Virus record (IMG/VR): IMGVR_UViG_3300020045_008547
Span: 1-29,641 of that record
Strand: one strand, 5' to 3'
Source: a virus
Lineage: Duplodnaviria > Caudoviricetes
Length of the DNA stretch: 29,641 bases
The position numbers were made by a program, and so were the translations under genes. The notes under the pieces were generated by a model, which did no database searches, was not told the origin of the DNA, and saw only the letters and a list, made by a program, of their open reading frames with translations. Below, piece by piece: positions 1 to 8,235 of this stretch (its first letter is position 1; every line of letters starts with the position of its first letter).

Positions 1-312
1 GAAGACGAGAAAAAAGCGGCACTCGCCGCATTGGACACAAAATACACAAAGGAACTGAGCGATGCGAAAACTCGAATTGACACACTTGCTTCTGACGTTC
101 GCGCTGGTACTCGGCGGTTGCGCATCGCCGCAACTTGCCCCGCCGCCACCCGCACAGAAACCACCAATGCCCCCGGCGTGGATGATGGCACCGGCCCCGA
201 ACTTACTCCAGAAGCTAGATCGGATTATTTCAGTCTCCGAGCCGACATCGAAACCGTCACCGGCCAAGTAGCGGGTTTGCAGTCATACGTGTTGAACGTC
301 TGCCAGAAGTAA
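1..312 (+). CDS. Rz: Rz-like i-spanin (5' truncated by window edge)
   Basis: Frame open from base 1; coiled-coil 'LDTKYTKELSDAK..LASDVRAGTRRLRIAATCP..LQSYVLNVC' is typical of lambda-like Rz; carries an embedded lipoprotein ORF. Confidence 0.9.
   Translation, partial: EDEKKAALAALDTKYTKELSDAKTRIDTLASDVRAGTRRLRIAATCPAATRTETTNAPGVDDGTGPELTPEARSDYFSLRADIETVTGQVAGLQSYVLNVCQK
62..271 (+). CDS. Rz1: Rz1-like o-spanin lipoprotein embedded in Rz (+1 frame)
   Basis: Signal peptide with lipobox LGGC, Pro-rich segment, 'PPAWMMAPAP'; fully nested in Rz. Confidence 0.9.
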   Translation: MRKLELTHLLLTFALVLGGCASPQLAPPPPAQKPPMPPAWMMAPAPNLLQKLDRIISVSEPTSKPSPAK

Positions 313-323
313 ACCTCGCTCAT

Positions 324-365
324 AAAAAAGCCCCGTGACCCTCAGTCGAGGATACGGGGCTTTTT
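324..365. terminator. Bidirectional intrinsic terminator between convergent operons
   Basis: AAAAAAGCCCCGT...ACGGGGCTTTTT with an inner CCTC/GAGG stem; A and T tracts on both sides. Confidence 0.9.
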
Positions 366-502
366 CACGGGTGCTGGTTCAAATGCACCCGACCAGCTTT
401 CTGAAGTTGTGAACCAAGAACCTCCAGAGTCTCAGCAACCAGCTTGCCCAGCGCCTGGTCAGCCGAAAACGAATCGGCGTGCAGGTACTGACCGCCGACG
501 AC

Positions 503-697
503 CTAGCCCTTGACCCGAACGATTGCTGCAACCAGGTTCTGCACCCGATCTGCGAAGTGGTAGACCACATGGACTAGCTTGGGGTCTTCGTCATCCTCCA
601 GCACCAGGTATTCCCCCAAGCACGGCACGCGGCTCATTTCCACCTCGACGGGTGTCCTGCCGGGGTTGCTCAAAAATTCAACTTGCACTCGTACCAT
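503..697 (-). CDS. Hypothetical protein (MVRVQVEF..., 64 aa; frame stays open past the TAG to 365)
   Basis: ATG at 697 overlapping the end of the upstream gene; operon context. Confidence 0.6.
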   Translation of the reverse strand: MVRVQVEFLSNPGRTPVEVEMSRVPCLGEYLVLEDDEDPKLVHVVYHFADRVQNLVAAIVRVKG

Positions 698-1124
698 TTT
701 TCGGCCTCCGTTTGGGCAGCGGTGCCCAGTCTGTCCAGAAAGTGTCCACGCCGTTGTACTGCCCGTAGACCGCAACCCCACTCTTGCCCAACAACTGCAC
801 CTTCACACCGCGGGGGCACTCGGCCATGTTGTCGTTCCAAAAATAGTCGTTGGCGACTGCTACGGTCTTGTCGCGGTTCAGGTGCATGACTGGCTGCGGG
901 ACGGGGGCTGCTAGGCCTAGACCGTCAAGGCTTTGTGCCAGTTCTTCGACGTTGACGGTGCCCATGTCAATCGTGCTGTCCCCCATCACCAAGTATTGCC
1001 CCAAGTCAACATTTGTTTTTGGGCGAAACTCAGCACCGCAACCCGCGCCGTGAGGCAGGTGGTCGAAAGACGGCCTACCACAGGCGTGACACCTCAGTGT
1101 TGGAACTACGTGTTGTCGGTTCAT
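678..1124 (-). CDS. Hypothetical phage protein
   Basis: ATGA overlap with upstream stop at 1121-1124; C-terminal 'CPRGVKVQLL..WAPLPK' resembles DUF551-type tails. Confidence 0.7.
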   Translation of the reverse strand: MNRQHVVPTLRCHACGRPSFDHLPHGAGCGAEFRPKTNVDLGQYLVMGDSTIDMGTVNVEELAQSLDGLGLAAPVPQPVMHLNRDKTVAVANDYFWNDNMAECPRGVKVQLLGKSGVAVYGQYNGVDTFWTDWAPLPKRRPKNGTSAS

Positions 1125-1315
1125 TTCAGCCTCTCTTCCAGCATCGCGTCTGCAATTTGGTAGCACCACGTTGCAACAGCGCTTGGCACACCACACTGGC
1201 GGTCAGCGGACATGTGACCTGTCAACGCTGCCTTGGCGAACTCGTCGCGCAAGGCCATTTCTTCAGCCGAAAGCCTCAGTGCGTTTTCTTTTTGCGCAAG
1301 CAGTTCTGCGCTCAT
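1121..1315 (-). CDS. Small conserved phage protein (LRDxFA..A..G / Y..ADAML family)
   Basis: Motif 'ALRDEFAKAALTG...CYQIADAMLEER'; coupled start/stop overlaps. Confidence 0.75.
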   Translation of the reverse strand: MSAELLAQKENALRLSAEEMALRDEFAKAALTGHMSADRQCGVPSAVATWCYQIADAMLEERLK

Positions 1316-1605
1316 TGGTCCACCTCATAAACCGGTAAGTCATAGGTCCGCGCCAGCCCAACCAGGTGCGGGTTGTGCCCCACGCAGATCAGCGCGTCTG
1401 CGTTCTGCACCAGCGTATAGTCGCGGGCGATGTGGCTGGTTTCCTTGGGCTGCATGGGGCAGATCGGCCACACCTCAGTGCTCAGGCCGCACACCGGTGG
1501 GGTGCTCAGTCCGTTGGTCACGAAGCTGGTGGGCACAATACCTTCCAGAAGGTCGGCGTCGTCCAGGTGTGCTTGCCGCACGGGACCGCTGATTATGACC
1601 CTCAT
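1312..1605 (-). CDS. Putative divergent SLOG (YspA/DUF2493-like) nucleotide-binding protein
   Basis: N-terminal 'MRVIISG', later 'RDYTLVQNADALICVG..HLVGLARTYDLPVYEV' match the SLOG pattern loosely. Confidence 0.5.
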   Translation of the reverse strand: MRVIISGPVRQAHLDDADLLEGIVPTSFVTNGLSTPPVCGLSTEVWPICPMQPKETSHIARDYTLVQNADALICVGHNPHLVGLARTYDLPVYEVDQ

Positions 1606-2027
1606 GACCGCACCACCTTGTAGGCAACAATGTCAGGCCACGACAACACGCTAGGGGCATATACACCCGCCGAGTGCTTCCGTTTCTGACGTTCATTTTT
1701 GGAAAGGGCCTGAACCAGAAGGAGGTCTGACAATTCAGGGTCAACACCGTGAGTCTCAACCCATTGCCCACCATCTGGATACCAGGGTTTTTCCTCGGCG
1801 GGCGCCACCGGGAGCCCAACTGTTCGGGCAAGGCCTGGCAGTGTCACGTCATCGTGGGGAACCACCGCAAGCATGCGAACCTCGAACTCAAGCAGGGTTC
1901 CGAGGTGGGCCACCAGCATGTCGGAAACCTGCGTACCGGCGTCCAGACCTTCCAGGTGACTCAGCGTGCTCTCGATGGCAGCGCGAACAACCGCCGCCGT
2001 TCTTTCGTGCATTTCAATTGTGTTCAT
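1602..2027 (-). CDS. Hypothetical protein
   Basis: ATG at 2027 (MNTIEMH) after an AGAAAG purine-rich RBS; ATGA coupling downstream. Confidence 0.7.
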   Translation of the reverse strand: MNTIEMHERTAAVVRAAIESTLSHLEGLDAGTQVSDMLVAHLGTLLEFEVRMLAVVPHDDVTLPGLARTVGLPVAPAEEKPWYPDGGQWVETHGVDPELSDLLLVQALSKNERQKRKHSAGVYAPSVLSWPDIVAYKVVRS

Positions 2028-2262
2028 GGGTTTCTTTCTGAGGGACAAGTTTCCGAATGGCGGTTGCAATTCGGGTTTGAGGATCGGGGGCTTTCGCGTC
2101 CCAAACCCTCGGCATGGTTTCAGCGATACGAGCGCAGACCTCAACGGTCTGATCGCGCGTCTGCCGTGAAACCTCGTTGGCGAAGTCGATTAACTTCTGC
2201 GCGTCACCGGACAGCAGCGTGATGCCGAGGTGCTGGGCCAGGTGTCGGAAGGCGGCGCTCAT
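2014..2262 (-). CDS. Hypothetical protein
   Basis: ATG at 2262 in ATGA overlap; 'CARIAE...IATAIRKL' is a common small phage protein pattern. Confidence 0.7.
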   Translation of the reverse strand: MSAAFRHLAQHLGITLLSGDAQKLIDFANEVSRQTRDQTVEVCARIAETMPRVWDAKAPDPQTRIATAIRKLVPQKETHEHN

Positions 2263-2525
2263 GGTTTGCTTATTGCTCGTATGGCGCAGGCCGCACACCA
2301 GTGCCCCCACTCGGCGGGCGAATACTTGCGCGACACACAGACATCCATGTAGTGGTTCCAAGCGACCACAGCGCACACCTCACGCGCATCAGTCACGGCT
2401 TTGTCAGCAGCAACTTCAGAGTGGATGATCGCGGCCTGGAGGCGCTTGCGGGCGTCCTCACCGCGACCCATGAAGTATTCTTTGGCGTACTGGTCTGCGA
2501 GTTCCAGAAGTGTGGGTTGGGTCAT
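2259..2525 (-). CDS. Hypothetical protein
   Basis: Coupled by ATGA overlaps at both ends. Confidence 0.7.
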   Translation of the reverse strand: MTQPTLLELADQYAKEYFMGRGEDARKRLQAAIIHSEVAADKAVTDAREVCAVVAWNHYMDVCVSRKYSPAEWGHWCAACAIRAISKP

Positions 2526-2680
2526 TTCCGCATCCAGAGTTCAACGGCCATAGACAAGCCTACTGAGTAAGACAAGGCGTTTGAGTAGCGCAGGCCCTGC
2601 TGCACAGGTACTGCAAACACGATGCAGACAATCTCTGTCAACAACAGGAGTGCCCATATGATCACGATGACGAGCCTCAT
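2522..2680 (-). CDS. Small membrane protein, 52 aa (not in the ORF track)
   Basis: Manual translation MRLVIVIIWALLLLTEIVCIVFAVPVQQGLRYSNALSYSVGLSMAVELWMRK; fills the gap exactly with ATGA overlaps on both sides. Confidence 0.7.
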   Translation of the reverse strand: MRLVIVIIWALLLLTEIVCIVFAVPVQQGLRYSNALSYSVGLSMAVELWMRK

Positions 2681-2859
2681 GATTGGAACACCTGCGCTTT
2701 ACACACTGGGCACGGCACATACACCTCGAAGCACTTTGCTTTTTGGTTGTACGCGCCCTTGCTGTCGTCCACACCTTCTTCGTTGTAAATGTCACTTGGA
2801 AACGGCAGCTTGTCTTCGTCCAAGACCACCCCGCAGTTGTCGCAGCTATTGAGTTTCAC
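2677..2859 (-). CDS. Small zinc-ribbon protein
   Basis: CDNC...CPVC; GTG start in GTGA overlap; GGAG RBS. Confidence 0.7.
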   Translation of the reverse strand: MKLNSCDNCGVVLDEDKLPFPSDIYNEEGVDDSKGAYNQKAKCFEVYVPCPVCKAQVFQS

Positions 2860-3077
2860 CGTGCTCTCCCTTGGTTGCGCATCGCAGCAGCGTGCTCTTT
2901 TTCCCACAGATCACGGCAAGCGCCACCAGGGCACCACCGCAGGTTGTCGGCGACCAGTTCCTCACACCAGTGGCACATACCGTTGGCAATCGGCCCGATG
3001 GGTTTCAGTCCACGGGTCAGGAAGCCCACGTTCTCGCGCTCGATGTGGTCTTGTGCGTTGTCTGCTTCATCAGCCAC
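2856..3077 (-). CDS. TraR/DksA-family C4 zinc-finger protein
   Basis: N-terminus MADEADNA places D3, D6, A8 as in F TraR; CHWC...C...C zinc finger; GTG start after AGGGGG. Confidence 0.75.
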   Translation of the reverse strand: MADEADNAQDHIERENVGFLTRGLKPIGPIANGMCHWCEELVADNLRWCPGGACRDLWEKEHAAAMRNQGRAR

Positions 3078-3324
3078 GGATGTGCCCCCTGGCTGCGAGC
3101 AGGGCGCCCCGCGCCGTCTCATGGCTCTGGCCGATCATTACCTGCTTGCCTTCCATGGTTTGGAAGACGGCCCACCGACCCTCGAAGTTGCTCAGGGTCA
3201 AGCGGTATTCTTCGAGGTAGTCGATACAGGCGCTGTCCTCGTCGCGCAGGCTGACAACCGCCGCGAAGATGCCCACGGCAATGCCGATGGCAAGACAGAA
3301 GATACCGATGATGAAAGGGCTCAT
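3070..3324 (-). CDS. Membrane-anchored hypothetical protein
   Basis: N-terminal hydrophobic helix; operon coupling. Confidence 0.7.
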   Translation of the reverse strand: MSPFIIGIFCLAIGIAVGIFAAVVSLRDEDSACIDYLEEYRLTLSNFEGRWAVFQTMEGKQVMIGQSHETARGALLAARGHIRG

Positions 3325-3524
3325 TTGGAACTCCAGAGATAGATCAAAGATTCAACAACGCTGACCAGCATGCTGCTGATCAACAGAAGCACCGTGCCAA
3401 CGACAATTTCCATTGTTGTCGGTTCGGGGTAGAAGGTGGTTTGGAATTTCCAAGCGCAGTATACGAACAGCCAGAAGAAGGCCGATGGGCCTGAGCGGGT
3501 CAGGATGCGGGCGAGGTTTTTCAT
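3321..3524 (-). CDS. Small two-TM membrane protein
   Basis: Two hydrophobic segments; GAGG RBS; ATGA overlaps. Confidence 0.7.
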   Translation of the reverse strand: MKNLARILTRSGPSAFFWLFVYCAWKFQTTFYPEPTTMEIVVGTVLLLISSMLVSVVESLIYLWSSK

Positions 3525-3721
3525 TTACCACCTCGATTCTGTTTTGGCGCGCAGTAGGCCAGTGAGCCGCGGCGGGATTGACTTTCGACCGGCGCAGATT
3601 CGTCGGTACGCAAAGCCTTCAACGCACGATAGCAGGCTTCTTCGTTCGGCATCGACACCGCTTCGTGCCGCCCGCAACCGCCCCAATATATCCCGATGCA
3701 AAGTACCAGTTCCCATAGCAT
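3521..3721 (-). CDS. Small putative exported protein (MLWELVLCIG..., 66 aa)
   Basis: ATG in TGATG overlap at 3721; hydrophobic N-terminus, 'EEAC..A' and terminal 'AYCAP'. Confidence 0.6.
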   Translation of the reverse strand: MLWELVLCIGIYWGGCGRHEAVSMPNEEACYRALKALRTDESAPVESQSRRGSLAYCAPKQNRGGK

Positions 3722-4236
3722 CACACACCTTCCTTCTTCACGCCGTATTGCAGTTCCAGCAGCAACTGGCAGTAGTGAATCACCTTGCGGATGTCGTCGG
3801 CGCCGTTCTTGGCGGCGTGCCGGGTGATGTACTTCACCACGTTGCCTTCGCAAAACCCCAGGTTGTTAGCATGGATGTACTCCACCGGCTGGATGGCAAA
3901 ATCCTTGTAGTGGGTACCGCCGACTTGGACAGCGAGGGCACTGGGTGTGTCTCGGCGTTCGGGGGCGATACCACCCTTTACAGACACCCCCATGAAGTCG
4001 CCAGCGGGGTCAACCACGGCGGGTGTCTCGCTCACCAGTTCAAGCAGGTCGTTAAGGGTTGGCTTCTGCTTGGAGTACGCGCCGTCGAGCGTATAGGTGA
4101 TAGTCCGACCTGAAGCGGAGCGGGCCAGGACAGGGTGACTTTCGGAGGTGTGCGTAGGCTCGTCAATGGTGACAATATCGCCCGCTTTTGTGCGCCAGGT
4201 TTGGCCCACCTCAATTTCAACTCCGTTCACTGCCAT
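3721..4236 (-). CDS. DUF3310 (SaV-like) domain protein with an extra N-terminal domain
   Basis: 'QVGGTHYK...IQPVEYI..NNLGFCEGNVVKYITR..KNG.DDIRK.IHY' signature; GGAGAG RBS. Confidence 0.85.
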   Translation of the reverse strand: MAVNGVEIEVGQTWRTKAGDIVTIDEPTHTSESHPVLARSASGRTITYTLDGAYSKQKPTLNDLLELVSETPAVVDPAGDFMGVSVKGGIAPERRDTPSALAVQVGGTHYKDFAIQPVEYIHANNLGFCEGNVVKYITRHAAKNGADDIRKVIHYCQLLLELQYGVKKEGV

Positions 4237-4269
4237 TTCATTCTCTCCAGTTGGTTAATTTGTGCTTGT

Positions 4270-4298
4270 AGTTTAGTAATCACGAAATAGATTGTCAA
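4270..4298 (-). promoter_or_regulatory. Sigma70-like leftward promoter with overlapping operator (4272-4287)
   Basis: TTGACA-17 bp-TAAACT on the minus strand. Confidence 0.8.
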
Positions 4299-4342
4299 GC
4301 GGTTTTGTTGCGAAAAACAAATATTTAAGCACTATGTGCGTT

Positions 4343-5782
4343 TCAGAACTCGTCAGGGTCTTGGTTTCGGTTCTTCATGGCTTCCATGAGCGCGTCCTGG
4401 ACGCTCGCTTTCGACTTCAGACGCGTGACAACAACCTCGTCAAGGGTGCGGCGGGCTACGATGCGGTGGACGAACACAGGGCGGTTGTAGCCGCTTTGCG
4501 CTTGCCGGGTAGGCCCCAGGCGCTCAATGGCCTGCGAATCCGTCTCTAGGCTCCAGTTGCTGGTGAAGAAACAGCATATGTTACCGCCGTGTTGGAGGGA
4601 CAAACCGTGCCCTGCGGACTGGGGGTGAGCCAGCAGCATGGGTATAGACCCGGCGTTCCACTGGTCGATGGTCTTGGGGTCTGAGCCTAAGTGCTGCGCT
4701 TTGGGGAACGCCTTGCGGATGCGCGCGAGGTCACTCTTGAAGTGGTAGAAAACCAGTACCGGCATGCCAGCGGCTTCCTCCATGACACTCTGTAGGGCGT
4801 CCAGTTTTTCGTCGTGAACTGACACCCAGCTGCCTTCGTCGTCAACGTAGGCGGCGCCCGCCGCAAGCTGGAGGCACTTCTGGCTCTTGGCACCGGCGCT
4901 GAAGGCTTCGATCGCGTGACCTTCGATCTGCGTGAAAAACTCTTTCTCGATTTCCTTGTACTGCTGGCGTGCCTTGGGAGGCAGGTCCACGTAAATCGTG
5001 TTCTCAATCAGCGGGGGTAGATCGAAGTGATCTTTGGCCTCCACAGCAATCGTGATGTCCTTGATCGCTCTGCGTATCTGAGCGTCTGCAAACGGCATGG
5101 GCTCAATGCGCGCCTGGTTTTTGTCACTGCCCGGTACCGACCGGAACCAGCGGTGTGAGAACGCCGTGAAGCTGGACCCGAGACGTACCCCGCCGTCCAA
5201 AAAGAAGCACTGCCCCCATAGTTGTTCGAGCCCGTTGGCTGCGGGCGTACCACTGAGGTTGACAAAACGCTTCACTTTGGTCAGCGCCACGCGGGCCAGC
5301 GACTTCGCACGCTTGCCACCTTGACCTGTCAAGAATTTTTTACCCGACTTGCTGGTCTGAATGCTGACTCTCAGACTGGCAAGCCTACTCGACTCGTCTG
5401 CCACGATCATGTCGAAGTTAAACGTCGCGCCATAGTTGTCAACCAACCACGTCAGGTTCTCGAAGTTCATGAACACCAACTGCGCATTCGACTCGATTGC
5501 CTTGCGGCGTTGAGCATCGGTGCCAACAGCAACAGCGTAAGTCATGTGGCCGAAACTCGCACCGAACTTTTTGATTTCACCCGGCCACGTACTCTGCGCC
5601 ACTCGCTTGGGGGCCAAGACCAGGACGCGCGTTATCTCTCCGAAAAGAAACAGAGTAGCAATGGCCTCCAGCGTGGCAGGGGTCTTGCCGACCCCCATCC
5701 CCGCATAGAGGTTCCCGCGTGGCGTATCCACCATGAATTGCGTCATAGCCCGCTGGTAGACGCGCGGGGTGTAGACTGCCAT
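4343..5782 (-). CDS. SNF2-like superfamily 2 helicase
   Basis: Walker A GMGVGKT, DESS, SGTP, HPQSAGHGLSLQ, ERLGPTRQ. Confidence 0.93.
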   Translation of the reverse strand: MAVYTPRVYQRAMTQFMVDTPRGNLYAGMGVGKTPATLEAIATLFLFGEITRVLVLAPKRVAQSTWPGEIKKFGASFGHMTYAVAVGTDAQRRKAIESNAQLVFMNFENLTWLVDNYGATFNFDMIVADESSRLASLRVSIQTSKSGKKFLTGQGGKRAKSLARVALTKVKRFVNLSGTPAANGLEQLWGQCFFLDGGVRLGSSFTAFSHRWFRSVPGSDKNQARIEPMPFADAQIRRAIKDITIAVEAKDHFDLPPLIENTIYVDLPPKARQQYKEIEKEFFTQIEGHAIEAFSAGAKSQKCLQLAAGAAYVDDEGSWVSVHDEKLDALQSVMEEAAGMPVLVFYHFKSDLARIRKAFPKAQHLGSDPKTIDQWNAGSIPMLLAHPQSAGHGLSLQHGGNICCFFTSNWSLETDSQAIERLGPTRQAQSGYNRPVFVHRIVARRTLDEVVVTRLKSKASVQDALMEAMKNRNQDPDEF

Positions 5783-6462
5783 CAGCTCAACACATGCTTG
5801 CGCAACGCTGCAACGGCCACTGGCACAACAGGTTCGATCAGCCTCAACATCGCTTCGGCGTACACCCGAATCTCGTATTGAGCGTGACTGTGCAAACGCA
5901 GGCGCAGAAAGTGCGCTAGGTTGTGGAGGTCCACCGTTGCGAACATGTGAGTGTAGGTGTTCATCGGAAGAACGCCGTGAGCTAGCTCACGCGGGACTCC
6001 TGCGTTCAACATCATCTTGTAGGTGGCGAATGCGTCTTCACACTGCTTCGTCAAGACAGCCTGGTAGAACTCAGCATCTGGATGTATGTCGTCGGTGCGC
6101 ATCTGCTTGTTGCTGGCTGACTGCGTGGTGATCTGGCGGACCTCCGGGATGTAGAACTCGGCGGGTAACTCGCTGTACCGCGCGCTGACCTCGTTGTATT
6201 TCCAGGTGCGGTGCCGATGCCACTGGCGCACGACAAAGATCGGGGCCTTGACCTCGAACGTGAACGACACGCACTCCAGCGGGGACGTGTGGTGGTTGCG
6301 CACCAGGTAGTCAATCAGCTTTGCGTCTTTTCCCTCGTCCTCGCCTGCGCGCCATTCAGCGTCATAGCTGACGCGCGCCGAGCGCACTATGGACAGGTCG
6401 GAGCCCATGTGCTCGACCAGACGAACGAGGCCATGGTTCAATACGTGGATAGCTTCGCTCAT
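5782..6462 (-). CDS. thyX: FAD-dependent thymidylate synthase
   Basis: SARVSY, HTSPLE, RQWHRHRTWKYNEVSARY (RHRx7S), LRLHSHAQYEI. Confidence 0.95.
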   Translation of the reverse strand: MSEAIHVLNHGLVRLVEHMGSDLSIVRSARVSYDAEWRAGEDEGKDAKLIDYLVRNHHTSPLECVSFTFEVKAPIFVVRQWHRHRTWKYNEVSARYSELPAEFYIPEVRQITTQSASNKQMRTDDIHPDAEFYQAVLTKQCEDAFATYKMMLNAGVPRELAHGVLPMNTYTHMFATVDLHNLAHFLRLRLHSHAQYEIRVYAEAMLRLIEPVVPVAVAALRKHVLS

Positions 6463-6464
6463 GA

Positions 6465-6890
6465 TTACTTCACACCGGTAGAACCAAAGCCGCCAACACC
6501 GCGCGCCGTAGCGGGCAGTTCGTCCACCAGGTCGAACACCACGCGGGGTACCTTGACGAGGATTGCCTGCGCGATGCGGTCACCAGCGCTCCAGGAGAAC
6601 ATTTGCGTGGTGGTGAACAGCATGAACAGTTCACCGCGGTAGTCGCTGTCAATGAGGCCGTACCCGTGTGGCACACCAGCGCCGTACTTGGCGCCGTGAC
6701 CAGAGCGCGCACTGATCAGCATGCCGTAACCCTCGGGCACCGCCACAGCGCAGCCCAACGGGACTTTGGTGACCTTGCCCCCGGTTGCAGCGCCAGCCTC
6801 GATAGCGTGCAGGTCGAAGCCCGCCGCGCCGTCTGTAGCGAAGCGAGGCATGATGAAGTTGGGGTGGAGGGCTTTGATTTTCAGTTTCAT
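6465..6890 (-). CDS. dut: Trimeric dUTPase
   Basis: AGFDL, RSG, GLIDSDYRGEL, RIAQ, RGVGGFGSTG. Confidence 0.95.
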   Translation of the reverse strand: MKLKIKALHPNFIMPRFATDGAAGFDLHAIEAGAATGGKVTKVPLGCAVAVPEGYGMLISARSGHGAKYGAGVPHGYGLIDSDYRGELFMLFTTTQMFSWSAGDRIAQAILVKVPRVVFDLVDELPATARGVGGFGSTGVK

Positions 6891-6899
6891 GGTTTGCTT

Positions 6900-7175
6900 T
6901 CAGAGTGAAGGTGGTGGGAGGATGGCGTCAATTTCGGCGGGGGTGCTGAAGACGTAGACTGTGATGCTAGAAGCACGCAACAGTTCGTGCTCGCGCGCTT
7001 GGCCGGGGCGTGGCTTTTCCCCAGGCCTCTTGCATTCGGCGTAGAAGGATCGACCGGGCAACAACACCAGGTCGTCAGGGGCGTTGTTACGACCGACCCA
7101 GTTCAGGCGCCGGTACGTGCCGCCGAGGGCTTTCACGCGGTCGTGCAGGTATTTCTCTATCTCGTTTTCCCTCAT
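6900..7175 (-). CDS. VRR-NUC domain nuclease
   Basis: MRENEIE..., APDDLVLLPG, AECKRPG..PRPGQ. Confidence 0.9.
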   Translation of the reverse strand: MRENEIEKYLHDRVKALGGTYRRLNWVGRNNAPDDLVLLPGRSFYAECKRPGEKPRPGQAREHELLRASSITVYVFSTPAEIDAILPPPSL

Positions 7176-7732
7176 TTTTTGTTCCTTTGGACGTAGTGTT
7201 TGATCTTAACCATGTGTGCAACCTGAAACTGCGCGTCGGCCAAAGCTGTGTGCGCAGAATCCCCTTTGCTCTTAAAGTCGTACTCGACCGCTGGGTACCA
7301 GTTCCGCAGGGTCCGAAAATCCCTCTCCCGGCTCCAGTTCCAGGGGCGCTTGATGCCAGCGCGGTCATAGGCCCCGCCGAGAATGGCAAGGTCGAAGTTC
7401 GGCGAGTTACACCATATGCGCACGTCTTCATGGCGGCAAGTCTCCAAGATAAAGTCTGAGAATTCTTGCAGGACAGTGTGGATGTGCCGCCCGCCGAACC
7501 GCACCGCATTGCGAGCGGCGTCCGACTGACCCAGCCAGAACAGGAACGTGCCCGGGTCGATGTTGCCTCCGTCTTCGCAAGACGACCCAAGGTGAATGGT
7601 CTGTTGAAAAGTCGGACCTGTGGTTTCGGTGGCGAGGTCAAACCAAATTGCACCTATCGACATCAGCGCGCCGTTCGGAGGCAGGCCTGCTGTTTCAGTA
7701 TCGAGCATCAGGTCAAAAAATTGTGTTGTCAC
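7172..7732 (-). CDS. DEDD-family 3'-5' exonuclease (DUF5051/Rv2179c-like)
   Basis: MLDTET, NSPNFD..IL, PW...RDFRT, HTALADA. Confidence 0.88.
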   Translation of the reverse strand: MTTQFFDLMLDTETAGLPPNGALMSIGAIWFDLATETTGPTFQQTIHLGSSCEDGGNIDPGTFLFWLGQSDAARNAVRFGGRHIHTVLQEFSDFILETCRHEDVRIWCNSPNFDLAILGGAYDRAGIKRPWNWSRERDFRTLRNWYPAVEYDFKSKGDSAHTALADAQFQVAHMVKIKHYVQRNKK

Positions 7733-8235
7733 AGTGTGTTTCCTTCGTGAAGTTTGCGTTTTGCTTTTAGGTAAGCGGCGTGCGCGAGTTCGGGGGTTTT
7801 AAATTTCCCAATGAATTGATTTTTTCCTTTTGTTTGGATTGCGGCTTTGAACCCACCCCGGCCCAAGGTTGAGACTCCTAACAAACCGGATTGGTTGTCA
7901 ACCCTCGCCTTGCGTTGGTTAGTAGTGTTCACCTGATGCGTCACATCCCGCAAGTTGCGCCACTTATTGTTGGCTCGGTTTCCGTCTTTGTGGTCAATCG
8001 TGTTGACGGGCCACGCGCCAGTTTTTATCGCCCAAATTATTCTGTGGACCAGATAGTTGCGCCCACGAAATTCCAATTGGAGGTACCCATTTCCGCGTTG
8101 CGATCCGCACTCCGATCCAGGTGCGACTCTCCCTTTTGGCTTGACCCAAATCAATACGCCCAGTCGAGGTTTATAGGCAAAGATTTCTCTTGCCTCAGCA
8201 ACCGTCATTGGTGTTTTGTCTAGTCGTTTTCCCAT
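7729..8235 (-). CDS. HNH homing endonuclease with C-terminal AP2-like domain
   Basis: YLVHRIIW, IDHKDGNRANNKWRNLR, N.SG..GV...FIGKFKTPELAHAAY. Confidence 0.9.
   Translation of the reverse strand: MGKRLDKTPMTVAEAREIFAYKPRLGVLIWVKPKGRVAPGSECGSQRGNGYLQLEFRGRNYLVHRIIWAIKTGAWPVNTIDHKDGNRANNKWRNLRDVTHQVNTTNQRKARVDNQSGLLGVSTLGRGGFKAAIQTKGKNQFIGKFKTPELAHAAYLKAKRKLHEGNTL

Noticed and set aside
7729-8235. Group I intron or intein in the polymerase
   Set aside because: The HNH gene is free-standing after the polymerase stop (TAATG); the polymerase ends with a normal-looking 'DIDYGWYI' C-terminus
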